The notes under the pieces: generated by a model | Database searches by the model: none | What the model was told of the DNA's origin: nothing | The model's input: the letters and a program-made list of their open reading frames with translations, nothing else | Assembly (NCBI GenBank): GCA_903889905.1 | Contig: CAISZI010000040.1 | Coordinates: 128,148-192,147, forward strand | From: Candidatus Wirthbacteria bacterium | GTDB lineage: Bacteria; Patescibacteriota; CG2-30-54-11 | DNA length: 64,000 nucleotides | Direction: 5' to 3' | Shown here: positions 1 through 10,074 of the stretch, in pieces | Numbering within the stretch: the stretch's first letter is position 1 | How the letters are laid out: every line of letters begins with the position of its first letter | Position numbers and translations under genes: made by a program

Positions 1-218
1 AAATTGAGCATGACATGATAAGTGCGTGCCCCCAAAATGCCCAGCACCACAACCAGCAGGAAAAGGTTTTCGAGGTGATGTTTGGGAATACTATAGAGCG
101 TGGAGCGGCGCAGTACGAGCAGGTAACCAACAAACATCCCCACAAAAATCAGCACTCCGTACCAGAAAATAGAAATCGGGCCAAGGGCGAAACTTGGGGC
201 TGGGACAAAATTGAACAT
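1..218 (-). CDS. lgt: Prolipoprotein diacylglyceryl transferase Lgt, N-terminal part (gene runs off the left edge)
   Basis: The reverse-complement of 1-218 translates to MFNFVPAPSFALGPISIFWYGVLIFVGMFVGYLLVLRRS...LENLFLLVVVLGILGARTYHVM. This matches the Lgt N-terminal signature (GPxxxHWYGLMYLxGF ... GGRIGYVLF). The listed plus-strand ORF 15..239 is its shadow. Confidence 0.75.
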   Translation of the reverse strand, partial: MFNFVPAPSFALGPISIFWYGVLIFVGMFVGYLLVLRRSTLYSIPKHHLENLFLLVVVLGILGARTYHVMLN

Positions 219-273
219 AGTGCTACAGACCTAAATTAATGAAGACGGGGTCATCATAACAAATCTGGGATAA

Positions 274-3060
274 TTGGCAATTCCTGTGGTACAATTACCT
301 GATGAGTTTATTTTCATTCACAGGTTACTCATGTCAACCAAAACAAAATCCCGTACGCCCAAAAAAGTTCTCCCCAAGCCTGTTTTAGTACCTGTGTCCA
401 AATCCATAAATCAACAAAGACCTCATTTTGCCATCGGGCTCGCGATCATGATGCTGTCACTACTGGTCGTGGGGACAATTGTGGTGCAGCGTTATATCCG
501 TGATCATGGGCTGACGCACGCAGCCACGAATGCTGCCGCGCCGGTCATCAATAAAGTCAGCCTGTCGTCAGCTAAGAGTAATCTGGTAATAGGTGACACC
601 GTCACCCTCACGATCGAGACGCATGGGGCCGGTTATTTGCCCGAAAGTGTTTTGGTCAATGGCAAGACAGTGACGGGATTTCGCAGGAATCAGGCAAAGG
701 GTCTGGCAGTGACAAATGGAAATTCAGGGTACGTTGCCATCCTCCCTGGCAATGGCGATGGCACCTTTGCCACCAATACGTATTACAATACGGGCACGAC
801 ACCTTCCTCCGTGGCGTTCGGTGATCTGAATAATGATGGCCTTGCGGACCTGGCGGTGACCAATGCGTCGTCAAGTACGGTCTCCATCCTGATCAATCAA
901 GGCGATGATACCTTTCTCACCTCTAACCTGCCATCCTACATTACGGGCAAGTCACCCTACTCCGTGGCGATTGGTGATCTGAACAACGATGGCCATCCGG
1001 ATCTGGCGGTGGCTAATTATTTGGACAATACTGTCTCCGTTCTGATCAATCAAGGCGATGGCACCTTTGCAGCTAAAAATGATTACATGACAGGCACGAT
1101 TCCCTATTCTGTGGCGATTGGTGATCTGAATAAAGATGGCCGTCCGGATCTCGCGGTGGCTAACTATGGTTCCAATACCGTTTCCGTCCTGTTTAATCAA
1201 GGCGATGGCAAATTTCTCAATACAAATCCCACTACCTACGCGACAGGTACTCATCCAGCCTCCGTGGCGATCGGAGACCTGAATAACGATGGCCTTTTGG
1301 ATCTGGCGGTGGCTAATAATGGTTCCAATACCGTTTCCGTCCTGTTCAATCAAGGCAAGGGTATATTTCTCAATACGAATCCGACATCCTATGGGACAGG
1401 CACTGCTCCGAAGTCTGTGGCGATCGGAGACCTGAATAACGATGGCCTTTTGGATCTGGCGATGGCTAACTATGGTTCTAATACCGTTTCCGTCCTGCTC
1501 AATCAAGGCGAGGGCAAATTTGCTCTCCAGAATACTTACAATGCATACTATTCCCCCAACTCCGTGGCAATCGGAGATCTTAACAACGATGGTCTCTCAG
1601 ATCTGGCGGTGGCTGATTATTACAATACGGGTACATCTGTAAGTACTGTCTCCGTCCTGCTCAATCATGGCAAGGGTAGCTTTGTTCTTCAAAACATCTA
1701 CACAGGTATGGGGCCTAACTCCGTCGCCATTGGTGATGTGGGGACTCTCAACTATACGGCGACCTATACGGTAACCGCAGGGGATACCGATCGGGCTGCG
1801 GGAAAGATTCCTGTGAGTGTCACGCTTCGCGATGCCGCTGGCAATCTGAGCAATACGATCACGTTAGCAGATACGAACGTTTTAGCCCTGGCTACTCACC
1901 AGCCTACCAATGTCAGCGCACTCAAGGCCGTGCCTCCTGCCAGCACCTGGACAAATGACAACACGGTGCAGGTCAGTTGGGGAAGCCCCGGGAGCGACAG
2001 TTTGGGAGTGGCAGGGTATAACTATACGTTTGACCATGACGCGACAGGAAGCAATCCCAGTGCATACACCCCAATAGCAGCTTCGACCACAACCATGACA
2101 AATATTCCATTGGCAGACGGAACGTGGTATTTCCACATCGCGACCAGGAATAATGCGGGGACTTTTTCCACGATTTATGATCTGGGACCATTCAAGATTA
2201 TTACAGCGCCGCCTAAGGCAAGTGTAGTCTATTCACAACCTGGCACTGTCCTCACCGGCGGACCCGTCGTTGCAACGATTGTTCCTGTAGTGATTGCCCC
2301 TGATAATCCAGTCACCGTTACCAATAACAGTGGTAGTCCAACATATACATTTGCTCAAAATGGCAGCTTTGATTTCCACCTGATCGACGCTGCTGGAAAT
2401 ACCAGTGTGGTCACGGCAACCGTCAGCAATATTGGCAGTTCAGTCGAAGCGCGTGCCAGGAGCTTTGTCGAACGCATGTACACGCGCCTGCTGCAGCGTG
2501 TCGCCGACCAGGAGGGTGTCACGTATTGGTACAACCGCCTGATTGCAGGGCAATCCACTAAACTGCAGATCATTAACGCCTACCTCCGTACTGACGAGTA
2601 TTATCGGCATTATGTCGCCGGCATCTACCGCGAATTCATGAACCGTGATCCTGACCAAAGTGGTCTGGATTACTGGACGAACCGCATGCTAAATGGTCTG
2701 AGCAAAACGGACCTGATTGGCAGCTTTGCTTTTTCGACAGAATACTTAAGTCAAAGCAATAGCGCCCTGGTGGCCTCACTCTATCAGGACTTCATGAATC
2801 GTACGCCTGATCCAGATGGTGTTAGATACTGGGTTGCCCAGCTGAGCGGCGGTGCCAAAACCAAGCAAGTGGTGATTCGTGATTTCTTTAATTCCTATGA
2901 GTTCAACGCCAAATACGTGCAGGAACAATATCAGCAAATCCTGGAACGGGCAGTGGATGCCGGCGGCGAACAGGACTGGGTTGTCCAGCTGCAACAGGGT
3001 CTGGACCGGATGAAACTGACCATGAATCTGCTCGATAGTGATGAGTTCTGGAACAAATAA
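274..3060 (+). CDS. Large membrane-anchored surface protein with about 8 FG-GAP/integrin-alpha-like repeats (GDLNNDGxxDLAVAN..SNTVSVL) and three C-terminal DUF4214-like repeats
   Basis: ORF of 928 aa. There is an N-terminal TM segment (AIGLAIMMLSLLVVGTIVV). A roughly 40-aa unit is repeated in tandem, which is the FG-GAP consensus. The C-terminal region has 3 copies of D(P/Q)DxxGxxYW..L..G......i..F..S.Ey (DUF4214). An alternative start is the ATG at 331 (MSTKTKS). Confidence 0.7.
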   Translation: MAIPVVQLPDEFIFIHRLLMSTKTKSRTPKKVLPKPVLVPVSKSINQQRPHFAIGLAIMMLSLLVVGTIVVQRYIRDHGLTHAATNAAAPVINKVSLSSAKSNLVIGDTVTLTIETHGAGYLPESVLVNGKTVTGFRRNQAKGLAVTNGNSGYVAILPGNGDGTFATNTYYNTGTTPSSVAFGDLNNDGLADLAVTNASSSTVSILINQGDDTFLTSNLPSYITGKSPYSVAIGDLNNDGHPDLAVANYLDNTVSVLINQGDGTFAAKNDYMTGTIPYSVAIGDLNKDGRPDLAVANYGSNTVSVLFNQGDGKFLNTNPTTYATGTHPASVAIGDLNNDGLLDLAVANNGSNTVSVLFNQGKGIFLNTNPTSYGTGTAPKSVAIGDLNNDGLLDLAMANYGSNTVSVLLNQGEGKFALQNTYNAYYSPNSVAIGDLNNDGLSDLAVADYYNTGTSVSTVSVLLNHGKGSFVLQNIYTGMGPNSVAIGDVGTLNYTATYTVTAGDTDRAAGKIPVSVTLRDAAGNLSNTITLADTNVLALATHQPTNVSALKAVPPASTWTNDNTVQVSWGSPGSDSLGVAGYNYTFDHDATGSNPSAYTPIAASTTTMTNIPLADGTWYFHIATRNNAGTFSTIYDLGPFKIITAPPKASVVYSQPGTVLTGGPVVATIVPVVIAPDNPVTVTNNSGSPTYTFAQNGSFDFHLIDAAGNTSVVTATVSNIGSSVEARARSFVERMYTRLLQRVADQEGVTYWYNRLIAGQSTKLQIINAYLRTDEYYRHYVAGIYREFMNRDPDQSGLDYWTNRMLNGLSKTDLIGSFAFSTEYLSQSNSALVASLYQDFMNRTPDPDGVRYWVAQLSGGAKTKQVVIRDFFNSYEFNAKYVQEQYQQILERAVDAGGEQDWVVQLQQGLDRMKLTMNLLDSDEFWNK

Positions 3061-3131
3061 CAGGAATTGATATACATTCGTTAGCTCATTTAGCCGCGGA
3101 ATTATCCTGCTCGACATTAAAAGCCATGGAA

Positions 3132-3160
3132 TTGACACGTTTTGAGTGTGGGTTTATAAT
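3132..3160 (+). promoter_or_regulatory. Consensus sigma-70 promoter, TTGACA-17 bp-TATAAT
   Basis: TTGACA at 3132-3137, exact 17-bp spacer, TATAAT at 3155-3160. It lies about 85 bp upstream of the 3246 start. Confidence 0.7.
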
Positions 3161-3245
3161 TAAATACTACTCTAAAGAAATTCGATCGGATTCATGGGTT
3201 CCATTAAAATAGACTAAATTTGTCTTTTAAGTAAAGAAAAGAAAC

Positions 3246-3929
3246 ATGGCAGACGAAATCCAACAAAAAATCGAAGTGTTGTCGGCACTGATTCAGACAG
3301 CCGAAGATAACATTGCCCAGGTAAAAGCGATTCTCTCCCAGCTCATTGGCCAAAACCCAGATATTGCGCCCGCATCCTATGCTTTTAGTGGCAGCAACGG
3401 TAACGGCAATGGCAACGGTAAAAAACCACTCAATGGCCTCAGCGTTGCCTGTGACGGACGCGTCATCGAAGGCGTCTTTGATGGAGAGTCCATGATTGGT
3501 CCCGATAGCCGTCGTTATCCAGTTCCACCCAACTATGCGAGCAAATCCAAGCTGGTGAGTGGCGATATTCTGAAGTTGACCATTGCTGAAAACGGATCCT
3601 TTATTTACAAACAGATTGGCCCCGTGGAACGTGTACAGGTGGTGGGGGCGCTGCGCAAAATTGGCGCTGATTATCATGTGGATACACCCCAGGGCGACTT
3701 TCGCGTACTGACGGCCAGCGTCACATACTTCAAAGCCGTTGTTGGTGACCAGGTGACGGTGATTGTTCCGGCCGGCAGCAGCAGTGGGTGGGGCGCGATT
3801 GAAAATGTCATTCCCAAAATTGTTAAAATTGACAGCCTTGATTCGGTCATTGCCTCGAGCAAATCCAGATCCCAAAGTACAGAACCCGAGGATTTTGAAC
3901 TGCCCAAAATGTTGTTCAAACGCAATTAA
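3246..3929 (+). CDS. Hypothetical protein with a GNGNGNGNG linker
   Basis: ORF of 227 aa with a perfect promoter upstream. No recognisable domain. Confidence 0.55.
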   Translation: MADEIQQKIEVLSALIQTAEDNIAQVKAILSQLIGQNPDIAPASYAFSGSNGNGNGNGKKPLNGLSVACDGRVIEGVFDGESMIGPDSRRYPVPPNYASKSKLVSGDILKLTIAENGSFIYKQIGPVERVQVVGALRKIGADYHVDTPQGDFRVLTASVTYFKAVVGDQVTVIVPAGSSSGWGAIENVIPKIVKIDSLDSVIASSKSRSQSTEPEDFELPKMLFKRN

Positions 3930-4002
3930 TCATCTCGACAATGCCAGGAAACACTAAAAAACCTCACATCTTGTGAGGTTTTTGTGTTCAGGAGAGCGTT
4001 GT

Positions 4003-4350
4003 TTAGGACTGATAAAGACTCTGGATGGCGAGGATGACTTCGTCAAAAAGTTTATTCCATTCTTCGTCGGGAATGGCACGATCAGAGGGAACGGGTGACT
4101 TTTCGCTACCACTGAAAACGGTGATTTTGGTTTGCTTTTCGGAGTCTTTATCGACAACTTCAACGGATGCGATCGGCGCGCCATAAAACTTCAGATAAAA
4201 GCGGGGAGTGCCAGTCGCGGCATCTTTGGGATCCGTATAAATATCGTTCCAACCGCGTTCACCGCCATTTTTTAGCTGGCTGAAGAAACTCTCATCGGCG
4301 TAGGCGCTTTTGGTGCGACTGACTGCTTTTTTGGTCTTTGCTGTTGCCAT
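4003..4350 (-). CDS. Small hypothetical protein, paralog A of a tandem pair
   Basis: 115 aa. Shares the motif GWNDxY..D.D......PRF(Y/F)LKFY..P(I/M)ASVE with the neighbouring ORF. Confidence 0.55.
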   Translation of the reverse strand: MATAKTKKAVSRTKSAYADESFFSQLKNGGERGWNDIYTDPKDAATGTPRFYLKFYGAPIASVEVVDKDSEKQTKITVFSGSEKSPVPSDRAIPDEEWNKLFDEVILAIQSLYQS

Positions 4351-4376
4351 TTTGACTCCTTAGATGAAGACACCAA

Positions 4377-4760
4377 CTATTTGAATTGAATACGTAAGTC
4401 CTTGATTGCGGCGATTATCTGTGTTGCCCGTTCAGTCCATACTTCCTGGCTGACGATGGTTGCGACAGGTGCTTCTGAGGGTATACCAAAAACAGAAAGA
4501 CGTGTTTGCGCCTTGGCGCCTTCACCAATCAGTTCAACCGAGGCCATGGGAACGTCATAAAATTTAAGGAAAAATCTAGGTTTGGCACTGACGATGTCTT
4601 GATCCAGCCAGTATTGATCGTTCCAACCACTGATTCCACCAGCTTTGAGTTGATCATAAAATTGTGGTTCGGTCAGCGCTACCCTTGTTTGGTTTGAAAT
4701 CTGGGGGCGTCGGCTCATATCGAGCAGGACTTGTTCGCTGAGAGCTGCTAGGGTGGTCAT
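4377..4760 (-). CDS. Small hypothetical protein, paralog B of a tandem pair
   Basis: 127 aa. Same conserved core as 4003..4350 (GWNDQYWLDQDIVSAKPRFFLKFYDVPMASVE). Confidence 0.55.
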   Translation of the reverse strand: MTTLAALSEQVLLDMSRRPQISNQTRVALTEPQFYDQLKAGGISGWNDQYWLDQDIVSAKPRFFLKFYDVPMASVELIGEGAKAQTRLSVFGIPSEAPVATIVSQEVWTERATQIIAAIKDLRIQFK

Positions 4761-4912
4761 TGCGGACTTGCCAATCTTGGATAAACTGATATTTGTTTGG
4801 AGTAGAATACGCCAGTAACTTACTAAAACGCCACCCTAAAGTCAAGAATGATGTCTTTACTCTTCGCATATTTTTTGTGTTAGAATTCCGGGCGTAGAAA
4901 AAAGGAGATGCA

Positions 4913-5896
4913 ATGGCATTTTATGCAGGCAAAAAAGTTCTGATCATAGGTGGTTTGGGATTTATCGGGAGTAATCTGGCGCATGCACTTGTCCAGGCTG
5001 GAGCAACGCTAAGTATTGTCGATGCTCGCCTCGAAGACCACGGTGCCAATGATTTTAATTTGTCAGGGATTGCAGATCAGGTCAGCGTCACGATGGCTGA
5101 CGTGCGCGACAGGGCGGCGATGACCAAAGCGGTATCTGAGCAAGCAGTGATTTTCAATATTGCCGGGCAGACGAGTCACGTGGACAGCATGGTAGAACCT
5201 TGGTTGGACAATGACATTAATACGCGCGGGCAACTTGTCCTGCTGGAAGCCTGCCGTGCCGTAAATTCGGAGGTCAAGGTCGTGTACTGTGGTACAAGAG
5301 CTCAATATGGCGCGCCCCAATACACCCCTGTTGATGAGCATTGCCCAATGCTGCCGATCGATATTTATGGGGTGGACAAGCTGGCGGGTGAACTTTATCA
5401 TTTCCTGTACCAGAAAATTTGTGGGCTGCGTGCGGTCAGTTTGCGTGTCAACAATACCTATGGCCCGCGTCACCAGATGAAACATGCCAAATATGGAGTG
5501 CAGAATTATTTGCTTCGGCTGGCGCTGGAAGGCAAGGAAATTTCAGTTTTTGGCGATGGTAACCAGCAGCGCGATTTGAATTATGTGGATGATGTGGTAC
5601 AGGCTTTTTTACTGGCAGGGGAGAAAGAGGAAGCGGTTGGACAGGCGTTTAACCTGGGCGGCCAAGAACCTCTAACTTTTGTCGAGTTGGTGGCCAAATT
5701 GATTCAATACGCTGGGTCAGGCAGTTATAAACATGTGCCGTATCCGCCGGACCGGGCCAAAATTGAAACCGGAGACTTTGTCGCAGATATCCGCAAAGCG
5801 CAGAAAATATTGGGTTGGGAGCCGAAGGTGTCGCTGGATGATGGCTTGAAGAAAACAGTCGAATTCTACCGCCAGTTTAAACAACATTATTTTTAG
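4913..5896 (+). CDS. NAD-dependent sugar epimerase/dehydratase (extended SDR; UDP-sugar epimerase / UXS-like)
   Basis: Rossmann motif GGLGFIGSNL, catalytic YGVDKLAGE (YxxxK), and NTYGPR typical of this family. An AAGGAG RBS is upstream. Confidence 0.8.
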   Translation: MAFYAGKKVLIIGGLGFIGSNLAHALVQAGATLSIVDARLEDHGANDFNLSGIADQVSVTMADVRDRAAMTKAVSEQAVIFNIAGQTSHVDSMVEPWLDNDINTRGQLVLLEACRAVNSEVKVVYCGTRAQYGAPQYTPVDEHCPMLPIDIYGVDKLAGELYHFLYQKICGLRAVSLRVNNTYGPRHQMKHAKYGVQNYLLRLALEGKEISVFGDGNQQRDLNYVDDVVQAFLLAGEKEEAVGQAFNLGGQEPLTFVELVAKLIQYAGSGSYKHVPYPPDRAKIETGDFVADIRKAQKILGWEPKVSLDDGLKKTVEFYRQFKQHYF

Positions 5897-5901
5897 AGCA
5901 T

Positions 5902-6813
5902 ATGACCAGAATTGCAATCACCGGTGGCAATGGCGTCCTGGGGACCAAGTTGGTCGAGTTGTTACTTGCGGACCAAGGCAACCAGATATTGTCGCTCAGC
6001 AACGTTGCGCAGAAAACGGAAAGCAGGGCTGGGTTTGCCACGGTTTGGGCGGATATTCGCGATGGTCAGAATGTGATCGAAGTCATGCGGAAGTTTGAGC
6101 CGGAAATGATCATTCATACCGCAGCCTATACCAACGTGGACGGCGCTGAAACTGAGCGCGAACTTTGCCGGTCAGTTAACGTGGACGGTACTACCAATCT
6201 GGCCAGCGCGGCGGCACAAATTGGGGCAAAACTGGTTTACCTCTCGACCGATTATGTTTTTGATGGCATGGCTGGACCTTATGACGAGGAAGCGGAACCG
6301 CATCCGTTGGGATGGTATGGTGCGACCAAGTTAATGGGAGAAAGCGCGGTGCAGGCGACTTGTGATGATTTTCTCATTTGCCGCACGACGACGCTGTATG
6401 GCTGCGCGCGTGGCGTCCGTCAAACGTTTGTGCCATGGCTGCTTGCACAACTCCAAACAGGGAAACCGGTTAGTATCGTCGCTGATCAATGGAGTAACCC
6501 GACGCTGGCCGATGACCTGGCGATGATGATTCGGGCACTGCTTACGAAGTCCGCCACCGGATTGTTTAATACCATGGGCCAAGATTATGTCAGCCGCTAC
6601 GATTTTGCGCTGCAAGTCGCTGACTTTTTTGGATTGGACAAAAGCTTGATCAGTCGAGTTTCAACAGTGTCACTCCAACAGGCGGCAGTTCGTCCGCTGC
6701 TGGGTGGAGGCAAAATTGACAAATTGGTGGAAGTCACTGGTTATCATCCCATGACGGTGCGTGAGCAACTGATGGCTATCAAGCAGCAGCTTGAAAATGG
6801 CCAAGCCAACTAA
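5902..6813 (+). CDS. rfbD: dTDP-4-dehydrorhamnose reductase-like (RmlD family)
   Basis: ITGGNGVLG Rossmann motif and the RmlD signature YLSTDYVFDG. Confidence 0.7.
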   Translation: MTRIAITGGNGVLGTKLVELLLADQGNQILSLSNVAQKTESRAGFATVWADIRDGQNVIEVMRKFEPEMIIHTAAYTNVDGAETERELCRSVNVDGTTNLASAAAQIGAKLVYLSTDYVFDGMAGPYDEEAEPHPLGWYGATKLMGESAVQATCDDFLICRTTTLYGCARGVRQTFVPWLLAQLQTGKPVSIVADQWSNPTLADDLAMMIRALLTKSATGLFNTMGQDYVSRYDFALQVADFFGLDKSLISRVSTVSLQQAAVRPLLGGGKIDKLVEVTGYHPMTVREQLMAIKQQLENGQAN

Positions 6814-6825
6814 TAGGATTTAAGT

Positions 6826-7791
6826 GTGTCGAATTATGATTTGACGATCGTGATTGTGAACTGGAATACGCGCGACTTGCTGGAACAATGCCTGAGCCAA
6901 GTCTACCGGCATGCCGACACTTTGCAATTACAGGTGATTGTCATCGACAACCATTCCAGCGACGACTCGGTGGATTTGGTCCAAAAGCAATTTCCACAGG
7001 TTGAATTGATCAAAAACGCCGACAATCTGGGGTATGCCAAAGCCAACAACATGGGGCTCAGGCAGGCGCAGGCTGAATTTGTTCTGCTGCTCAATTCGGA
7101 TGTAATGATTGGGGAAATTGTTCTGAGCGCATGTCTTGGGGAAATGCAGACACGTCCAAAGGTTGGCATGCTTGGCGTGCAACTGGTTGGGCCAGATGGT
7201 AAGTCACAAAACACGGCATTTTACCGCCGGACGCCGTCGCTGCTGCAATTTTTATGCTTTTACCTCAGTTTTGACAGCGTGGCGCTACGCATGCCTGGAT
7301 TGGTGCGTCGCCTGTGGGCGTCGGAGACGAGGCAAAGTGGTGTGGTTGACCAGATTCCTGGCGCTTTTTTGCTGACACGTAAAACCGTGTTGGCACAAGT
7401 TGGACTACTTGATGAACGTTTTTTTATTTTTTTTGAAGACGTGGACTGGGGTGTACGCAATCGGCAGGCTGGTTATGTGAATTATTACGCTGCCGAGCAT
7501 ACGGTGACGCATGTTGGCAGTGCCAGTTTTGCCAAATGGGGCAGTGACAAAACCATGCGGCAGTTTTACCGCAGTTTGGTGATTTATGTGCACAAACACT
7601 GGGGCTTGCTGGCAGACGCGCTGGTCAGGGGATTGCTTTTGCTTGATTCTCTATGCCTCATCGCAGGCGGCTGGATCTGGTTTGCGTTTTCACGTGGCAA
7701 ACCCACTGACCCATTGCGGGCCAAAATCGTAAGTCGCTGGCAAATGATCCTACAGGTCGTATTTGGTACTCAAGACCGGTTACTGCAATGA
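6826..7791 (+). CDS. Glycosyltransferase family 2
   Basis: LTIVIVNWNTRDLLEQCL ... DNHSSDDS ... DVDW (GT2 DxD-type). GTG start, with an AGGAT RBS at 6814-6818. Confidence 0.75.
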   Translation: MSNYDLTIVIVNWNTRDLLEQCLSQVYRHADTLQLQVIVIDNHSSDDSVDLVQKQFPQVELIKNADNLGYAKANNMGLRQAQAEFVLLLNSDVMIGEIVLSACLGEMQTRPKVGMLGVQLVGPDGKSQNTAFYRRTPSLLQFLCFYLSFDSVALRMPGLVRRLWASETRQSGVVDQIPGAFLLTRKTVLAQVGLLDERFFIFFEDVDWGVRNRQAGYVNYYAAEHTVTHVGSASFAKWGSDKTMRQFYRSLVIYVHKHWGLLADALVRGLLLLDSLCLIAGGWIWFAFSRGKPTDPLRAKIVSRWQMILQVVFGTQDRLLQ

Positions 7792-8780
7792 AACCACTGG
7801 TGAGCATCATCATTGTCAACTGGCAAAGTGCGGCCCAACTCGAGCTGTTGTTTGCGTCATTGGTGGCGCAGACGTATAAAAACGTGGAAGTGATTGTCGT
7901 CAACAATTCTCCGCAGGAAGAGATAGACGTGGAAGTGTTGAGGCAGGCGAATTTTCTTGTTGAGATAAACACGCCGAGCAAGAACCTGGGGTTTTGTGGC
8001 GGAAACAATACCGGCATTGGGCGCGCCCAAGGTGAATTCATCCTGCTCCTCAATCCCGACACGAAAGTCAGTCTGAGTGCAATTGCCCTGCTTGTCGACG
8101 AATTGCTGCAACATCCCGAGAGCGATGTGGCGTTGCCAAAAATCCTGCAACTCGATCATCCCACGCTTCTCGATCGTGTCTGGGATGGTTATGCCCGCTC
8201 AGGTTGGGCGCAACCGGTTGGTTACCAGGAACAAGACAGCGGCCAGTACGACCAACGTCAGCCGGCTTTTGGTTTCCGCGGCGCGGCAGCGATGTTGCGA
8301 AAGTCATTCTTTGACGAGGTGGGGCTGTTTGACGAGGATTTGTTCGCTTTTTATGAAGACGTGGATTTGAGTTTGCGGGCACAGCTCATGGGCAAAACCA
8401 TGATCTTTGTTCCGCAGGCCATTGTCTGGCACAAAGGCAGTGGCTCGACGGGTAATCCTTACACGGCAACTACCATTTATCTCTCGGCGCGCAATAAATT
8501 GTGGGTATTTGTCAAAAACATGCCCACCGGACTGCTGCTTCGAAATAGCTGGCGACACGTGTTGATCCAGATCGCCATAGCCGGCAAACAAATCCTGCAA
8601 ACAGGTCAGATATGGGCACATGTCCGTGGCATCTGGGCTGGGCTTGTGGGTTTGCGGGGAGCGTGGAGTAAACGTACTCGGATTCAGGCATTGCGACAAA
8701 TTTCCGTGGCAAAACTCAACCAGAAGATGATTTTATGCGAGCAACAGGGTAAATTGTCCAGGTCACGCCGGGTTAGCTGA
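7788..8780 (+). CDS. Glycosyltransferase family 2
   Basis: SIIIVNWQSAAQL ... VVNNSPQ ... YEDVD. ATGA overlap with the upstream GT2. Confidence 0.75.
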   Translation: MKPLVSIIIVNWQSAAQLELLFASLVAQTYKNVEVIVVNNSPQEEIDVEVLRQANFLVEINTPSKNLGFCGGNNTGIGRAQGEFILLLNPDTKVSLSAIALLVDELLQHPESDVALPKILQLDHPTLLDRVWDGYARSGWAQPVGYQEQDSGQYDQRQPAFGFRGAAAMLRKSFFDEVGLFDEDLFAFYEDVDLSLRAQLMGKTMIFVPQAIVWHKGSGSTGNPYTATTIYLSARNKLWVFVKNMPTGLLLRNSWRHVLIQIAIAGKQILQTGQIWAHVRGIWAGLVGLRGAWSKRTRIQALRQISVAKLNQKMILCEQQGKLSRSRRVS

Positions 8781-8808
8781 GGCTGATTTCAAGCTTTAGA
8801 AGGAACAA

Positions 8809-10074
8809 GTGGAAACGATTTTGCTGGGACTGAGCTATTTATTCCTGCCCTTCATCATCCTGATGCCCAAAATCAGTTTGTTCAAAGTGGGCGGAACTGC
8901 CGTCGGTATACGGTTGGAAGATTTTGTGGTGTTGGCGATGCTGTTGGTTGGCTTAGTCGCGCTCTGGCGACGCAGACAAACACGCGTCATCGGCAAACAA
9001 CTTTGGCTCAAATGGTGGCTGCTGTTTATGCTGTGGGCATTGCTCACTTCAATCTTTGGTATCGTGGTACTGAAAACCGTCAGCCACCCAACTGTCGCCT
9101 TGCTTAACTGGGGTAGATACTGCGAGTTCGGTGTGGTCGCGTTTACGGCTTTGTTGGTCAACTGGACGCCACAACGGTTAAAACGGCTTTGCGTCATGGG
9201 ACTTGCGGCGACAGTCTTGGAGTTTGGCTATGCGCTGCTCCAGCTTGGCGACCTGGTGCCGTATTTTTCTACACTGCAAAGCCTGTGGCAAACCACTGAC
9301 GTGAAGTTCAGAAGCGTGGGCGTGGTCATGGGAACATTTGGCGGACATTATGATTTTGGTCTATTTGCGGTATTTGTGTGCTGCGCTGTGCTGCTTGGTT
9401 TGGGGCAATTACAGCAGATTGAACAGTGGCTTGACCTGAAACCCGCCATAAGTCGATTGCTGCTCGCTGGCATTGGCGTGATGGGAATGGTTTGTCTGCT
9501 GCTGACCAAATCCCGTTCTGCATACCTGGCGATGATTGTCGTGGTTGGCTTGCATGCCTGGCAAACACGGAACAAGAAGCTAATCCTGCTTGCCGCAGTG
9601 CTGGTAGCTGCCCTGACTGGAGTTTATCTGACAGGAAAAATCAGTAACCGGCCAGTGCAGACCACCGTCGGCAGTGTTGCCGTGGTGATTGATGAAAGTT
9701 CAGTGGCCAGAACCAACAAATGGCTGGCTATCCTGCGCAACGACAATCCTGTCCAATGGGTCACTGGCGGTGGACTTGCGGCCATGGGCGATGCGGTGGA
9801 CGGGTATTACCTGCGTTTGATCGGTGAAACTGGCTTGGTGGGTTTGGGATTATTCCTGGTCATGATCGTTGTTTTGCTGCAAACTTATTTTTATGCACCC
9901 AAACACCAGTCGGCTGCGGCCAAAACGCTGCATCAGCTGCTTCTGTTCTGGACTGTGGCATTGCTGGTACAAGCCGTCTTTATTGATATCTTTGTGTCAT
10001 CCAAAATCATGTTCATTTACTGGCTGATGCTTGGCATTGGCATCAGTCCCAGTTTAAACGAGGCTTTGTCATGA
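8809..10074 (+). CDS. Polytopic membrane protein, O-antigen ligase / Wzy-polymerase-like
   Basis: About 10 TM segments plus a Wzy_C-like periplasmic loop (WLAILRNDNPVQWVTGGGLAAMGDAVDGYYLRLIGETG). GTG start with an AAGGAA RBS. Confidence 0.6.
   Translation: METILLGLSYLFLPFIILMPKISLFKVGGTAVGIRLEDFVVLAMLLVGLVALWRRRQTRVIGKQLWLKWWLLFMLWALLTSIFGIVVLKTVSHPTVALLNWGRYCEFGVVAFTALLVNWTPQRLKRLCVMGLAATVLEFGYALLQLGDLVPYFSTLQSLWQTTDVKFRSVGVVMGTFGGHYDFGLFAVFVCCAVLLGLGQLQQIEQWLDLKPAISRLLLAGIGVMGMVCLLLTKSRSAYLAMIVVVGLHAWQTRNKKLILLAAVLVAALTGVYLTGKISNRPVQTTVGSVAVVIDESSVARTNKWLAILRNDNPVQWVTGGGLAAMGDAVDGYYLRLIGETGLVGLGLFLVMIVVLLQTYFYAPKHQSAAAKTLHQLLLFWTVALLVQAVFIDIFVSSKIMFIYWLMLGIGISPSLNEALS

Noticed and set aside
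15-239. Plus-strand 74-aa ORF at the left edge
   Set aside because: The opposite strand encodes a clean Lgt N-terminus, and this ORF has no RBS or motif. It is a shadow ORF.
952-1506. 184-aa minus-strand ORF with internal repeats
   Set aside because: It is an antisense shadow of the FG-GAP tandem DNA repeats; the repeats create the long open frame.
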